Source of the DNA: Macrostomum hystrix
Taxonomy: Eukaryota; Animalia; Platyhelminthes
DNA: 64,000 nucleotides
Assembly: GCA_950097015.1 (NCBI GenBank)
Contig: CATNEN010000015.1
Span: forward strand, 1-64,000
Direction: 5' to 3'
Made by a program: the position numbers and the translations under genes. This document shows positions 49,671 through 61,420 of this stretch, in pieces (position 1 is the stretch's first letter; every line of letters begins with the position of its first letter). A model generated the notes under the pieces. It was not told where the DNA came from. It worked only from the letters and a program-made list of their open reading frames with translations, and ran no database searches.

Positions 49671-49861
49671 AGTCATTGGCTACAGTGAGTCATGATCTGA
49701 GTATTCTGAGCGTGTCCGCCTCATCGCTGGCAGGTTTCCTGCGAGTGCATTTCTTAAGCAGTGAAATTGAATTCACAGAAATAGCCCGTGTCGTCTGAAA
49801 GCTAATTATCCGCACATGTCGGTGCCCGAATGCTCGCTGACAATTACCCGTCCCGTTTCAG

Positions 49862-50091
49862 TCGGCTTCTGGATACTCTGCGTGCCGCTGACTCTGTACA
49901 ATGTCTACTCGGCCTTTGCCAAAGGCACCAGCCGCCAGCGCAACCTGTCCGCTGCCATGAAGCCGCTGCTGTCACCGGCTATTCTGCTGGTGTTCTCAGC
50001 GCTGTGGGTCCACTGCTCGCCAAACCAAATCATCTTTGCCTATCCCAGGCTTTTCTACGCTGCGTTTGGCACCGTCTTCAGCAACATTGCG
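49862..50091 (+). CDS. EPT1: EPT1/SELENOI-like exon 5
   Basis: TTTCAG|GFWILCVPLTLYNVY...AMKPLLSPAILL...YPRLFYAAFGTVFSNIA|GTAAG. Confidence 0.9.
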
Positions 50092-50190
50092 GTAAGCTTC
50101 ACCCGCTGTCCTTTTTGAGAAATACAATTTTGTCTAAAAGTGATGCTCCTGTACACTTTATAGATTGATTTATTGCCGTTTGAACACTGT

Positions 50191-52057
50191 ATCGAACAGC
50201 CTGCAGTGCTGACTGAGCACTGTTCTCAGGGGATGATCTGATCGACCAGCCTGCACTGCTGTCTGAGCACTGTTCTCAGGGGATGATCTGATTGACCAGC
50301 CTGCAGTGCTGACTGAGCACTGTTCTCAGGGGATGATCTGATTGACCAGCTTGCAGTGCTGACTGAGCACTGTTCTCAGGGGATGATCTGATTGACCAGC
50401 CTGCAGTGCTGACTGAGCACTGTTCTCAGGGGATGATCTGATTGAACAGCTTGCAGTGCTGTCTGAGCACTGTTCTCAGGGGATGATCTGATTGACCAGC
50501 CTGCAGTGCTGACTGAGCACTGTTCTCAGGGGATGATCTGATTGACCAGCTTGCAGTGCTGTCTGAGCACTGTTCTCAAGGGATGATCTGATCGACCAGC
50601 CTGCAGTGCTGTCTGAGCACTGTTCTCAGGGGATGATCTGATTGACCAGCCTGCAGTGCTGTCTGAGCACTGTTCTCAGGGGATGATCTGATTGACCAGC
50701 CTGCAGTGCTGTCTGAGGACTGTTCTCAGGGGATGATCTGATTGACCAGCTTGCAGTGCTGTCTGAGCACTGTTCTCAGGGGATGATCTCAGGGGATGAT
50801 CTGATTGACCAGCTTGCAGTGCTGTCTGAGCACTGTTCTCAGGGGATGATCTGATTGACCAGCTTGCAGTGCTGACTGAGCACTGTTCTCAGGGGATGAT
50901 CTCAGGGGATGATCTGATTGACCAGCTTGCAGTGCTGTCTGAGCACTGTTCTCAGGGGATGATCTCAGGGGATGATCTGATTGACCAGCTTGCAGTGCTG
51001 ACTGAGCACTGTTCTCAGGGGATGATCTCAGGGGATGATCTGATTGACCAGCTTGCAGTGCTGTCTGAGCACTGTTCTCAGGGGATGATCTCAGGGGATG
51101 ATCTGATTGACCAGCCTGCAGTGCTGACTGAGCACTGTTCTCAGGGGATGATCTGATTGACCAGCTTGCAGTGCTGACTGAGCACTGTTCTCAGGGGATG
51201 ATCTCAGGGGATGATCTGATTGACCAGCTTGCAGTGCTGTCTGAGCACTGTTCTCAGGGGATGATCTCAGGGGATGATCTGATTGACCAGCTTGCAGTGC
51301 TGTCTGAGCACTGTTCTCAGGGGATGATCTCAGGGGATGATCTGATTGACCAGCTTGCAGTGCTGACTGAGCACTGTTCTCAGGGGATGATCTCAGGGGA
51401 TGATCTGATTGACCAGCTTGCAGTGCTGACTGAGCACTGTTCTCAGGGGATGATCTGATTGACCAGCCTGCAGTGCTGTCTGAGCACTGTTCTCAGGGGA
51501 TGATCTGATTGACCAGCTTGCAGTGCTGACTGAGCACTGTTCTCAGGGGATGATCTGATTGACCAGCTTGCAGTGCTGACTGAGCACTGTTCTCAGGGGA
51601 TGATCTGATTGACCAGCTTGCAGTGCTGACTGAGCACTGTTCTCAGGGGATGATCTGATTGACCAGCTTGCAGTGCTGACTGAGCACTGTTCTCAGGGGA
51701 TGATCACAGGGGATGATCTCAGGGGATGATCTCAGGGGATGATCTCAGGGGATGATCTCAGGGGATGATCTCAGGGGATGATCTCAGGGGATGATCTCAG
51801 GGGATGATCTCAGGGGATGATCTCAGGGGATGATCTCAGGGGATGATCTCAGGGGATGATCTCAGGGGATGATCTCAGGGGATGATCTCAGGGGATGATC
51901 TCGGGATGATCTCAGGGGATGATCTCAGGGGATGATCTCAGGGGATGATCTCGGGATGATCTCAGGGGATGATCTCAGGGGATGATCTCAGGGGATGATC
52001 ACAGGGGATGATCTCAGGGGATGATCTCAGGGGATGATCTCAGGGGATGATCTGATT
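50191..52057 (+). repeat. Compound 50/63/13-bp minisatellite in EPT1 intron 5
   Basis: 50-mer GACCAGCTTGCAGTGCTGACTGAGCACTGTTCTCAGGGGATGATCTGATT; 63-mers carry an extra CTCAGGGGATGAT; pure 13-mer array ~51695-52050. Confidence 0.95.
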
Positions 52058-52115
52058 GCAGCTCACAGAACTCAGCAGGCGAATAGTGCTTTGGATTTCC
52101 ACGTGAATCTTGCAG

Positions 52116-52301
52116 TGCCGCCTGATCGTGAGCCAGATGAGCAGCACCAAGTGCCAGGCCTTCAATCTGCTCACCGGACTGTACTCTGCCGTGGCCCTAG
52201 CCGTGGTTTTACTGCAGCCCAGCTTCCAGCAGGAGCTAGCGGTTCTAATCTGCCTGCTAGCGCTGTGTGTCGCCTTGCACATTCATTACGGCTGCAATGT
52301 G
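52116..52301 (+). CDS. EPT1: EPT1/SELENOI-like exon 6
   Basis: TTGCAG|CRLIVSQMSSTKCQAFN...ALHIHYGCNV|GTAAG. Confidence 0.92.
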
Positions 52302-52346
52302 GTAAGTGGCCTCCCTGCCTACTTGCGGCCTCATTGTCTGACAGTT

Positions 52347-53290
52347 CTGTTCTCTGCTCTTTGCTGAGCTGTTCTCTGCTCTTTGCTGAGCTGTTCTGTG
52401 CTCTTTGCTGAGCTGTTCTCTGCTCTTTGCTGAGCTGTTCTCTGCTCTTTGCTGAGCTGTTCTCTGCTCTTTGCTGAGCTGTTCTCTGCTCTTTGCTGAG
52501 CTGTTCTCTGCTCTTTGCTGAGCTGTTCTCTGCTCTTTGCTGAGCTGTTCTCTGCTCTTTGCTGAGCTGTTCTCTGCTCTTTGCTGAGCTGTTCTCTGCT
52601 CTTTGCTGAGCTGTTCTCTGCTCTTTGCTGAGCTGTTCTCTGCTCTTTGCTGAGCTGTTCTCTGCTCTGCTGAGCTGTTCTCTGCTCTTTGCTGAGCTGT
52701 TCTCTGCTCTTTGCTGAGCTGTTCTCTGCTCTTTGCTGAGCTGTTCTGTGCTCTGCTGAGCTGTTCTCTGCTCTTTGCTGAGCTGTTCTGTGCTCTGCTG
52801 AGCTGTTCTCTGCTCTTTGCTAAGCTGTTCTGTGCTCTGCTGAGCTGTTCTCTGCTCTTTGCTAAGCTGTTCTGTGCTCTGCTGAGCTGTTCTCTGCTCT
52901 TTGCTGAGCTGTTCTCTGCTCTTTGCTGAGCTGTTCTCTGCTCTTTGCTGAGCTGTTCTCTGCTCTTTGCTGAGCTGTTCTCTGCTCTTTGCTGAGCTGT
53001 TCTCTGCTCTTTGCTGAGCTGTTCTCTGCTCTGCTGAGCTGTTCTCTGCTCTTTGCTGAGCTGTTCTCTGCTCTTTGCTGAGCTGTTCTCTGCTCTTTGC
53101 TGAGCTGTTCTCTGCTCTTTGCTGAGCTGTTCTCTGCTCTGCTGAGCTGTTCTCTGCTCTGCTGAGCTGTTCTCTGCTCTTTGCTGAGCTGTTCTCTGCT
53201 CTTTGCTGAGCTGTTCTGTGCTCTGCTGAGCTGTTCTCTGCTCTTTGCTGAGCTGTTCTCTGCTCTTTGCTGAGCTGTTCTCTGCTCTGC
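52347..53290 (+). repeat. 22/20-bp minisatellite in EPT1 intron 6
   Basis: Unit TCTCTGCTCTTTGCTGAGCTGT with a 2-nt-shorter variant. Confidence 0.95.
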
Positions 53291-53360
53291 TTTTCAGAGC
53301 TCTTAATGTCGGCTCCCAGACCTCCCTCAGACTCAGCCACCACCCCCCAATGCCACTCAG

Positions 53361-53432
53361 GTCAACCAGATGCTGGACCACTTCAAGCTGCGCGCCTTCG
53401 TCATCCAGTCTCCGAGAGACAAGCGCAACTGA
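53361..53432 (+). CDS. EPT1: EPT1/SELENOI-like exon 7 (last)
   Basis: CTCAG|VNQMLDHFKLRAFVIQSPRDKRN-TGA. The seven exons total 1191 nt (396 aa) with consistent phases. Confidence 0.85.
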   Translation, partial: VNQMLDHFKLRAFVIQSPRDKRN

Positions 53433-54165
53433 CGGACTGCAGCGATGCGCTCCTGCACTACTCACTATTGCAAGACTGTTAGTAGAGTTGTGCGCTTTTG
53501 ATTTTAATCTTTTGTTACGCAAAATTTTATTCTTCATCATCGTGACACAAAAATTATAGTTAGATTGATACAATGCCTACTTTATCTGCCTAATTGCTCT
53601 CTGTATTAACATCCGAATTGCAATACCTGTACTTACAGTGCGACCTACAGTAATGGAACTCTAACGCGAGCATACAGTTCATTTTCATGCCGTGTACCTC
53701 CAGTCTCTTTGACTTTCTCCCATCATTCGCGTTTTGATTTCGTGCCATTTTTGTTGATTTCTGTCCCACCTAGTCACACCTGTGCAATGATTGCCTGCAT
53801 TGCAATGAGGCAACTTTCGCCCCGTTTGCAATCGCAGACTGCCGCTTACCGGCTCTATTGGCAATCTGTGTGGCCTTCTTAACTAAATTCGCTTTCATTT
53901 TTTTGCTTCTGCGGTGAAATTCCTTGGCTTCTGTTTGCCCGGTCACCGCGGCTAATCAAGTTCTGGCATTGCCCAATTATTACTATGTACTGAAATAATA
54001 CAGCATTCATGAGGAACACTTGTGGCACTGCTGTTTGACCACTGGCTTTCCAGGCTTCATTCATTTTAGCCTCATGTACCGTGTACTCAGTGCCTGTTCT
54101 TCCGATTTGACTCCCCCGACTCTGCTTGTAAGCCTAGCCGCTTGAGTGAGCCTACAGTAGACAGT

Positions 54166-54677
54166 GTTTATCTGCCTGTCAGCCTGTTTGTCTGCCTGTC
54201 AGCCTGTTTGTCTGCCTGTCAGCCTGTTTGTCTGCCTGTCAGCCTGTTTGTCTGCCTGTCAGCCTGTTTGTCTGTCTGCCAACCTGTTTGTCTGCCTGTC
54301 AGCCTGTTTGTCTGCCTGTCAGCCTGTTTGTCTGCCTGTCAGCCTGTTTGTCTGCCTGTCAGCCTGTTTATCTGCCTGTCAGCCTGTTTGTCTGCCTGTC
54401 TACCTGTATGCCTGTCTGTCAGCCTGTTTGTCTGCCTGTCTACCCGTCTGCCTGTCTACCTGTATGCCTGTCTGTCAACCTGTTTGTCTGCCTGTCTACC
54501 CGTCTGCCTGTCTACCTGTATGCCTGTCTGTCAACCTGTTTGTCTGCCTGTCTACCTGTATGCCTGTCTACCTGTCTGCCTGTCTACCTGTATGCCTGTC
54601 TACCTGTATGCCTGTCTACCTGTATGCCTGTCTACCTGTATGCCTGTCTACCTGTATACCTGTCTACCTGTATGCCT
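54166..54677 (+). repeat. 20-bp minisatellite grading into a 16-bp variant (probable EPT1 3' UTR)
   Basis: GTCTGCCTGTCAGCCTGTTT grading into CCTGTATGCCTGTCTA. Confidence 0.9.
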
Positions 54678-54722
54678 TTTAACCAGTTTTCCGGTCTATT
54701 TGTTTGCTTGTTTAACAGTTTC

Positions 54723-54728
54723 AATAAA
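54723..54728 (+). promoter_or_regulatory. Candidate EPT1 polyadenylation signal
   Basis: AATAAA about 62 nt before the AG that precedes the TM9SF1 ATG. Confidence 0.5.
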
Positions 54729-54793
54729 GTAAACTAGCTAAACAGTTGAAGTGAACATTTGGCACTCCAGCTCACTGCAATTTCTACCCAGCG

Positions 54794-56179
54794 ATGAAGC
54801 CAGCGACCTGCAGACTCCTGCCCGCGGTGCTGCTGCTGGTGCAGCTCAGCGGCATGACTCTGGCTGCCGAGCTGTACAATCAGGGCGGCCCAGTGGTCGT
54901 GTACGTGAACAAGGTGGGCCCGTACTTCAACCCGCACGAGACCTACCACTATTACCAGCTGCCCGTGTGTCGACCGCCAACCATTGTGCACAAGTCCATG
55001 AGCCTCGGCGAGCTACTGGACGGTGACCGCATGGCCGTGTCCATGTTCGACATTAAATTCGGGCAGGACTCGGCTGACAAGCTGTTGTGCAGCAAAGCAC
55101 TCTCAGCCGTAGACCTGGAGCAGCTGCGCACAGCCGTGGAAGACCTGTACTACTTCGAGTTCGTGGTGGATGACATCCCGGTACGCGGCTTCGTCGGCCA
55201 CCTGGAGGAGACTGGCTTCGTGCCCCACTCGCATAAGGTGTTCTTGTGGACCCATTTTTCCTTCCGGTTCTACTTCAGCGGCCAGCGCATTGTGTACGTG
55301 AAGGTGGTCACGCAGGAGAAGGCGCCCGTCGACCTCGCCAAGCTGCAGTCGGGCAGTCAGGTGTCCTTCACCTACTCTGTCACGTGGGTCAAGTCCAGTG
55401 TGAAGTTCGAGGACCGCGCCAAGTTCATCAAGGACACGTCCTTCTTCCCGAAGACGCTGGAGATTCACTGGCTGTCCGTTATCAACTCGCTGATCTTGGT
55501 GCTGCTGCTCATCGGCTTCGTCACCGTGATCCTGTTCCGCATCCTCAAGAAGGACTTCGCCAGGTACAACCTGGAGGACGAGGAGGCGGAGGAGGACGTG
55601 GACAATGGCTGGAAGACGGTGCACAACGACGTATTCCGGCCGCCCAAGCACAAGTGCTTCTTCTCAGCCACCATTGGCGTTGGCGCGCAGTTCCTGGCCA
55701 TCATCACCGGCTTGTTCGTGATGGCCCTCCTCGGCCTCTTCAACGTGCACCACCACGGCAACATCAACTCGGCTGGCATCGTGCTGTACGCCTTCACCTC
55801 TGGCATCGCCGGCTTCGTCTCCTGCCGCATGTTCCGCCGTCTGGGCGGCGAGCGCTGGGCCCGCAACGTGCTGCTCACCTCCTTCCTGTTCGCCTTCCCC
55901 CTGTTCCTGGTCTGGGCCGTTGTGAACTCCGTGGCGTGGGCCTACGGCACCACCCAGGCCCTGCCATGGTCCACCGTGATGCTGCTGCTCTGTCTGTGGC
56001 TGTTCCTCGGCTTCCCACTCACCATCCTGGGCGGCATGGCCGGCAAGAATGCCCCGCCCGGCCTGGACGCTCCCTGCCGCACTAAAAACATCCCAAGGGA
56101 AATTCCGGTGGTGCCCTGCTACAAGACCTGGCCGGTGCACTGTCTCATCGGTGGCTTCCTCAGCTTCAGCGCTGTCTCC
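54794..56179 (+). CDS. TM9SF1: Transmembrane 9 superfamily member 1, exon 1 of 2
   Basis: Signal peptide, YVNKVGPYFNPHETYHYYQLPVC, EIHWLSVINS, GWKTVHNDVFRPP, PCRTKNIPREIP, GGFLSFSAVS|GTGAGT. Confidence 0.95.
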
Positions 56180-56252
56180 GTGAGTCACGTACAATTGTCA
56201 TTGCTCAGGGGTCGTGAAATATTCAAGGCTTTAGGATCTGATCGTATTTGGC

Positions 56253-58294
56253 CTGTCTGTGAGTTCAGGCTGTCTGTGAGTTCAGTCTGTCTGTGATTTT
56301 AGGCTGTGAGTTCAGGCTGAGCTCAGGCTGTCTGTGAGCTCAGGCTGTCAGTGAGTTCAGGCTGTCAGTGAGTTCAGGCTGTCAGTGAGTTCAGGCTGTC
56401 TGTGAGCTCAGGCTGTCAGTGAGCTCAGGCTGTCAGTGAGTTCAGGCTGTCAGTGAGCTCAGGCTGTCTGTGAATTCAGACTGTGAGTTCAGGCTGTCAG
56501 TGAGCTCAGGCTGTCTGTGAGCTCAGGCTGTCTGTGAGTTCAGGCTGTCTGTGAGTTCAGGCTGTCTGTGAGCTCAGGCTGTCTGTGAGCTCAGGCTGTC
56601 TGTGAGTTCAGGCTGTCTGTGAGCTCAGGCTGTCTGTGAGCTCAGGCTGTCTGTGAGTTCAGGCTGTCTGTGAGCTCAGGCTGTCTGTGAGTTCAGGCTG
56701 TGAGCTCAGGCTGTCTGTGAGTTCAGACTGTCTGTGAGTTCAGGCTGTCTGTGAGCTCAGGCTGTCTGTGAGCTCAGGCTGTCTGTGAGCTCAGGCTGTC
56801 TGTGAGCTCAGGCTGTCTGTGAGCTCAGGCTGTCTGTGAGTTCAGACTGTCTGTGAGTTCAGGCTGTCTGTGAGCTCAGGCTGTCTGTGAGCTCAGGCTG
56901 TCTGTGAGTTCAGGCTGTCTGTGAGTTCAGGCTGTCTGTGAGTTCAGGCTGTGAGCTCAGACCGTCTGTGAGTTCAGGCTGTCTGTGAGTTCAGACTGTC
57001 TGTGAGTTCAGACTGTGAGTTCAGGCTGTCAGTGAGCTCAGGCTGTCTGTGAGCTCAGGCTGTCTGTGAGTTCAGGCTGTCTGTGAGTTCAGGCTGTGAG
57101 CTCAGGCTGTCTGTGACTTCAGACTGTCTGTGAGTTCAGGCTGTCTGTGAGTTCAGGCTGTCTGTGAGTTCAGGCTGTCTGTGAGCTCAGGCTGTCTGTG
57201 TGTTCAGGCTGTCTGTGAGTTCAGACTGTCTGTGAGTTCAGGCTGTCTGTGAGTTCAGGCTGTGAGCTCAGACCGTCTGTGAGTTCAGGCTGTCTGTGAG
57301 CTCAGGCTGAGTTCAGGCTGTCTGTGAGCTCAGGCTGTGAGTTCAGGCTGTCTGTGAGTTCAGGCTGTGAGCTCAGGCTGTCTGTGAGTTCAGGCTGTGA
57401 GCTCAGGCTGTCTGTGAGTTCAGGCTGTGAGCTCAGGCTGTCTGTGAGCTCAGGCTGTCTGTGAGTTCAGGCTGTCTGTGAGTTCAGGCTGTCTGTGAGC
57501 TCAGGCTGTCTGTGAGCTCAGGCTGTGAGTTCAGGCTGTCTGTGAGTTCAGGCTGTCTGTGAGTTCAGGCTGTCTGTTAGCTCAGGCTGTCTGTGAGCTC
57601 AGGCTGTCTGTGAGTTCAGGCTGTCTGTGAGCTCATTCTGTCTGTGAGTTCAGGCTGTCTGTGAGCTCAAGCTGTCTGTGAGCTCAGGCTGTGAGTTCAG
57701 GCTGTCTGTGAGTTCAGGCTGTCTGTGAGTTCAGGCTGTCTGTGAGTTCAGGTTGTCTGTGAGCTCATGCTGTCTGTGAGCTCAGGCTGAGTTCAGGCTG
57801 TCTGTGAGCTCAGGCTGTGAGTTCAGGCTGTCTGTGAGTTCAGGCTGTGAGTTCAGGCTGTCTGTGAGTTCAGGCTGTGAGCTCAGGCTGTCTGTGAGTT
57901 CAGGCTGTCTGTGAGTTCAGGCTGTCTGTTAGCTCAGGCTGTCTGTGAGCTCAGGCTGTCTGTGAGTTCAGGCTGTCTGTGAGCTCATTCTGTCTGTGAG
58001 TTCAGGCTGTCTGTGAGCTCAAGCTGTCTGTGAGCTCAGGCTGTGAGTTCAGGCTGTCTGTGAGTTCAGGCTGTCTGTGAGTTCAGGCTGTCTGTGAGTT
58101 CAGGTTGTCTGTGAGCTCATGCTGTCTGTGAGCTCAGGCTGTGAGCTCAGGCTGTGAGCTCAGGCTGTGAGCTCAGGCCGTCTGTGAGCTCAGGCTGTGA
58201 GCTCAGGCTGTGAGCTCAGGCTGTGAGCTCAGGCTGTGAGCTCAGGCTGTGAGCTCAGGCTGTGAGCTCAGGCTGTGAGTCCAGGCCGTCTGTC
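56253..58294 (+). repeat. 17/13-bp minisatellite filling the TM9SF1 intron
   Basis: Unit TGTGAG(T/C)TCAGGCTGTC, with the 13-mer TGTGAGCTCAGGC at the 3' end. Confidence 0.95.
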
Positions 58295-58345
58295 AGCCCA
58301 GTAAAAGTCATTCATTCAGGCGAGTGTGTGCGCTAACCGCCGCAG

Positions 58346-58729
58346 GTGGAGCTGTACTACATCTACGCCACTGTGTGGGGCAGGCAGCACTACACCCTGT
58401 ACGGAATCCTGGCCGTTGTATACGCTATTCTGCTCTCCGTGACGGCCTGTGTGGCTGTGGCGCTGACCTACTTCCAGCTGTCCGCCGAGGACTACCGCTG
58501 GTGGTGGCGCTCGGTGTTCAGCGGAGGTTCGAGCGCCTTCTTCGTGCTGCTGTACTCGGCCTTCTTCTACTGCTTCCGCAGCAACATGAGCGGCCTGCTG
58601 CAGGCGGTGGAGTTCTTTGGCTACACCATCCTGCTGTGCTATGTGTTCTTCCTGACCCTCGGCACAGTGTCCTTCGCCGCCTCCATGCAGTTCGTGCGCT
58701 ACATCTACACGAACATCAAGATGGACTGA
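58346..58729 (+). CDS. TM9SF1: TM9SF1 exon 2
   Basis: Branch-like CGCTAAC, CGCAG|[22 protein letters not shown]...EDYRWWWRS...YIYTNIKMD*; total 589 aa. Confidence 0.95.
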   Translation: MELYYIYATVWGRQHYTLYGILAVVYAILLSVTACVAVALTYFQLSAEDYRWWWRSVFSGGSSAFFVLLYSAFFYCFRSNMSGLLQAVEFFGYTILLCYVFFLTLGTVSFAASMQFVRYIYTNIKMD

Positions 58730-59963
58730 GGCTCTCTGACTCCAGCCTAATTTCTTAATGCGTTCTTCTGACTTGTGATTTTCTATTGACTCGCGTTTCA
58801 CCTGTCCTGGCCGTCAGCTGAAGTGACAGAAGATTTGGCGCAGAGCTGCGGAGCGGAGTGAGAGCTCGACTTGTGCCAAAGCGGCTCTCGCATTGCCCCG
58901 TGCTGTGTACAGAGCCGGAGCGAACAAAACTGCCATCAGTTTCCTTGTGCCCAAGGTGGGGGTCCCTCTGTCATTGCTGCTGTTGCTGTGTTCTCACTAA
59001 TATTTCCAATGCTTAGCGTCTGACTTTCTGATTGTCCACATTCTCATGAAATCCTCTCTTTGCAAAGCAGAGCCCGCGGTGTGCCGTTCACATATTTTAA
59101 TTTGTATTTGCACTAACTCGGTAGCTGGCAGTAGTATAGTTAGCACACGCGAGCCATTGTTAATTATTTTCCTTTCCTGCTGCTCAGCCGCCCGCTAAAT
59201 TCTCTGCATGCCCAGGAAATGCCATGACTGCGAATCAAATATCAACTGCTGTTGTGGACTGTCTATGGACTGGCCCGCTCTGCAGCTCTAGACTAAATAT
59301 ATAAATGGCATGAGCTGCTCCGGTTGATAATTGTTGGCGAGCTGCTGTGAGACAGCCACAAGTGTTGAGCAACCCTTTGCCGTTCCAGTTATTATTTTTG
59401 AGGGAGGACTGATAGTTGTCCTCCGCCTTGCCACTTTCCCAACTCCTTCCCGGCCCAGCTCCCCCGGTCACCGACTGTTGTCGGGCCGTTGGTTCCCACC
59501 AGCTCTCCGCTGTTGAGGGGCGGGCAAGTGACAATTGACTCAGTGAGTTCCTTGAGCATTGTTCCCGGCCTAATTAATTGCGCTTGAGACTGTCTCCGCA
59601 AACAGGCCTGCCAGCTCTTTGTCACTCTTTGTCTGAGGCGGGACTGGCTGTGCAGCCGCTGTTTGCACCGGTTGCTCTGCGGAAGGCGGCCCACAACTCC
59701 GCTTCTTATCGCCTCGCTCGTTTGTGTTTGGTTTCGCGTATAGAGACTGCCCTTGTCTCTCCGAGCAATCTTGCTTTGTCTTGTCTTCTGCTGTGTTTGT
59801 TTTGCTTTCCCACATTCCTCTGTTTGTGCTTTTCTGATCCCATGATATTGAGCCTCACCTGTTTCACTTCAGGCCACCTCTGCGACCCAAGCTTGCTTAA
59901 ACTGTGCGCTGCTCCCTTTATTGCCCAACTGAAACTGCAATCAACTTATCCCTTCACTCCAGA

Positions 59964-60868
59964 TCCCCATTCTCTCCCTTCTCCCCTGATCCCGATTCTC
60001 CCTATTCTATCCCTTCTCCACATTCTCTCCTTTCTCCCCTGATCCCGATTCTCCCTATTCTCTCCCTTCTCCCCTTTATTTCCCTTGATCCCGATTCTCC
60101 CTTCCCCACATTCTCTCCCTTCTCCACATTCTCTCCCTTCTCCACATTCTCCCCATTCTCTCCCTTCTCCCCTTCATTTCCGTTGATCCCGATTCTCCCT
60201 TCTCCCATTCTCCACATTCTCTCCCCTCTCCCCATTCTCCCCATTCTCTCCCTTCTCTACATTCTCTCCCTTCTCCCCATTTTCTCTCTTCTCCCCATTC
60301 TCTCCCTTCTCCACATTCTCTCCATTCTCCCCATTTTCTCTCTTCTCCCTATTCTCCCCATTCACTCCCTTCTCCACATTCTCTCCCTTCTCCCCATTTT
60401 CTCTCTTCTCCCTATTCTCCCCATTCTCTCCCTTCTCCCATTCTCCACATTCTCTCCCCTCTCCCCATTCTCCCCATTCTCTCCCCTCTCCCCATTCTCC
60501 CCATTCTCTCCCTTCTCTACATTCTCTCCCTTCTCCCCATTTTCTCTCTTCTCCCTATTCTCCCCATTCTCTCCTTTCTCCACATTCTCTCCATTCTCCA
60601 CATTCTCTCCATTCTCCACTTTCTCTCCTTTCTCCACATTCTCTCCCTTCTCCCCATTCTCTCCCTTCTCCCTATTCTCCCCATTCTCTCCCTTCTCTAC
60701 ATTCTCTCCTTTCTCCACATTCTCTCCCTTCTCCCCATTCTCTCCCTTCTCCCCATTCTCTCCCTTCTCCCTATTCTCCCCATTCTCTTCCTTCTCCACA
60801 TTCTCTCCATTCTCCACATTCCCTCCCTTCTCCCCATTCTCTCCCTGGTCCCCATTCTCCCCCTTTCT
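59964..60868. repeat. Degenerate pyrimidine-rich satellite (TTCTCCCCATTCTCTCCC-like)
   Basis: Almost purely C/T on the + strand with CATTCTC subunits. Confidence 0.9.
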
Positions 60869-61420
60869 TCCATCTAGTCTCAGCTTCTCCAGCAAATGAA
60901 GCAGTTAAACAGGACACGGATCATTCATTTATACAGAGACTTGGTGTTATAGAATTCTGGCTTGTCAGGAGGCGAGCTCATACCAGTTTGTATTTGCAGT
61001 CTAATTTTAAACGGTACAGAACAAGCATGAGGTGTAAATTGTGGGAGCATGTGCTGTACAGGCCGAACTAACTGCTGGCAACGAGCGGCTGACACGCAGG
61101 AGGCCGCATGGTAACAAGTGAGCATTGTGCGAAAACAATTAATCTGATGGCCCATGGAGCAGGCCTCTACAATTTAAAAAAGGGGAATTCAGAGCGCAGT
61201 ATTTTTCGGGTAGGAACTGAGGGCAGGCGGAAGCTGTATGCCATCCTCATTCAGTTACGAGTCAACAACTGACACGTGCTCGAGTCTCTCTGTTGGCCTT
61301 CCCACCGGTTTGAAGTCAAGTCCCGAGGTCTCAAAGGTCAAGTTCGCGACCCTAACAACAGAGGATTTGTTGATCACTTCACTGAAGGGGCAGTAGGGTC
61401 TGGCAGGTCCAGGGCTCGAG

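Noticed and set aside
50191-52057. CRISPR-like array (palindromic repeat units)
   Set aside because: No unique spacers, no cas genes, eukaryotic intron context; it is a minisatellite.
52171-53573. Long 390/438-aa minus-strand ORFs, and similar ORFs at 50869-51458, 54142-54737 and 59904-60899
   Set aside because: These are translations of stop-free tandem repeats.
53785-53816. ATGA-containing hairpin as a SECIS
   Set aside because: The TTGCCT/AGGCAA stem is too short and the 3' GA of the quartet is missing.
55103-56194. Antisense and alternative-frame ORFs overlapping TM9SF1
   Set aside because: Shadow ORFs caused by high GC at third codon positions.
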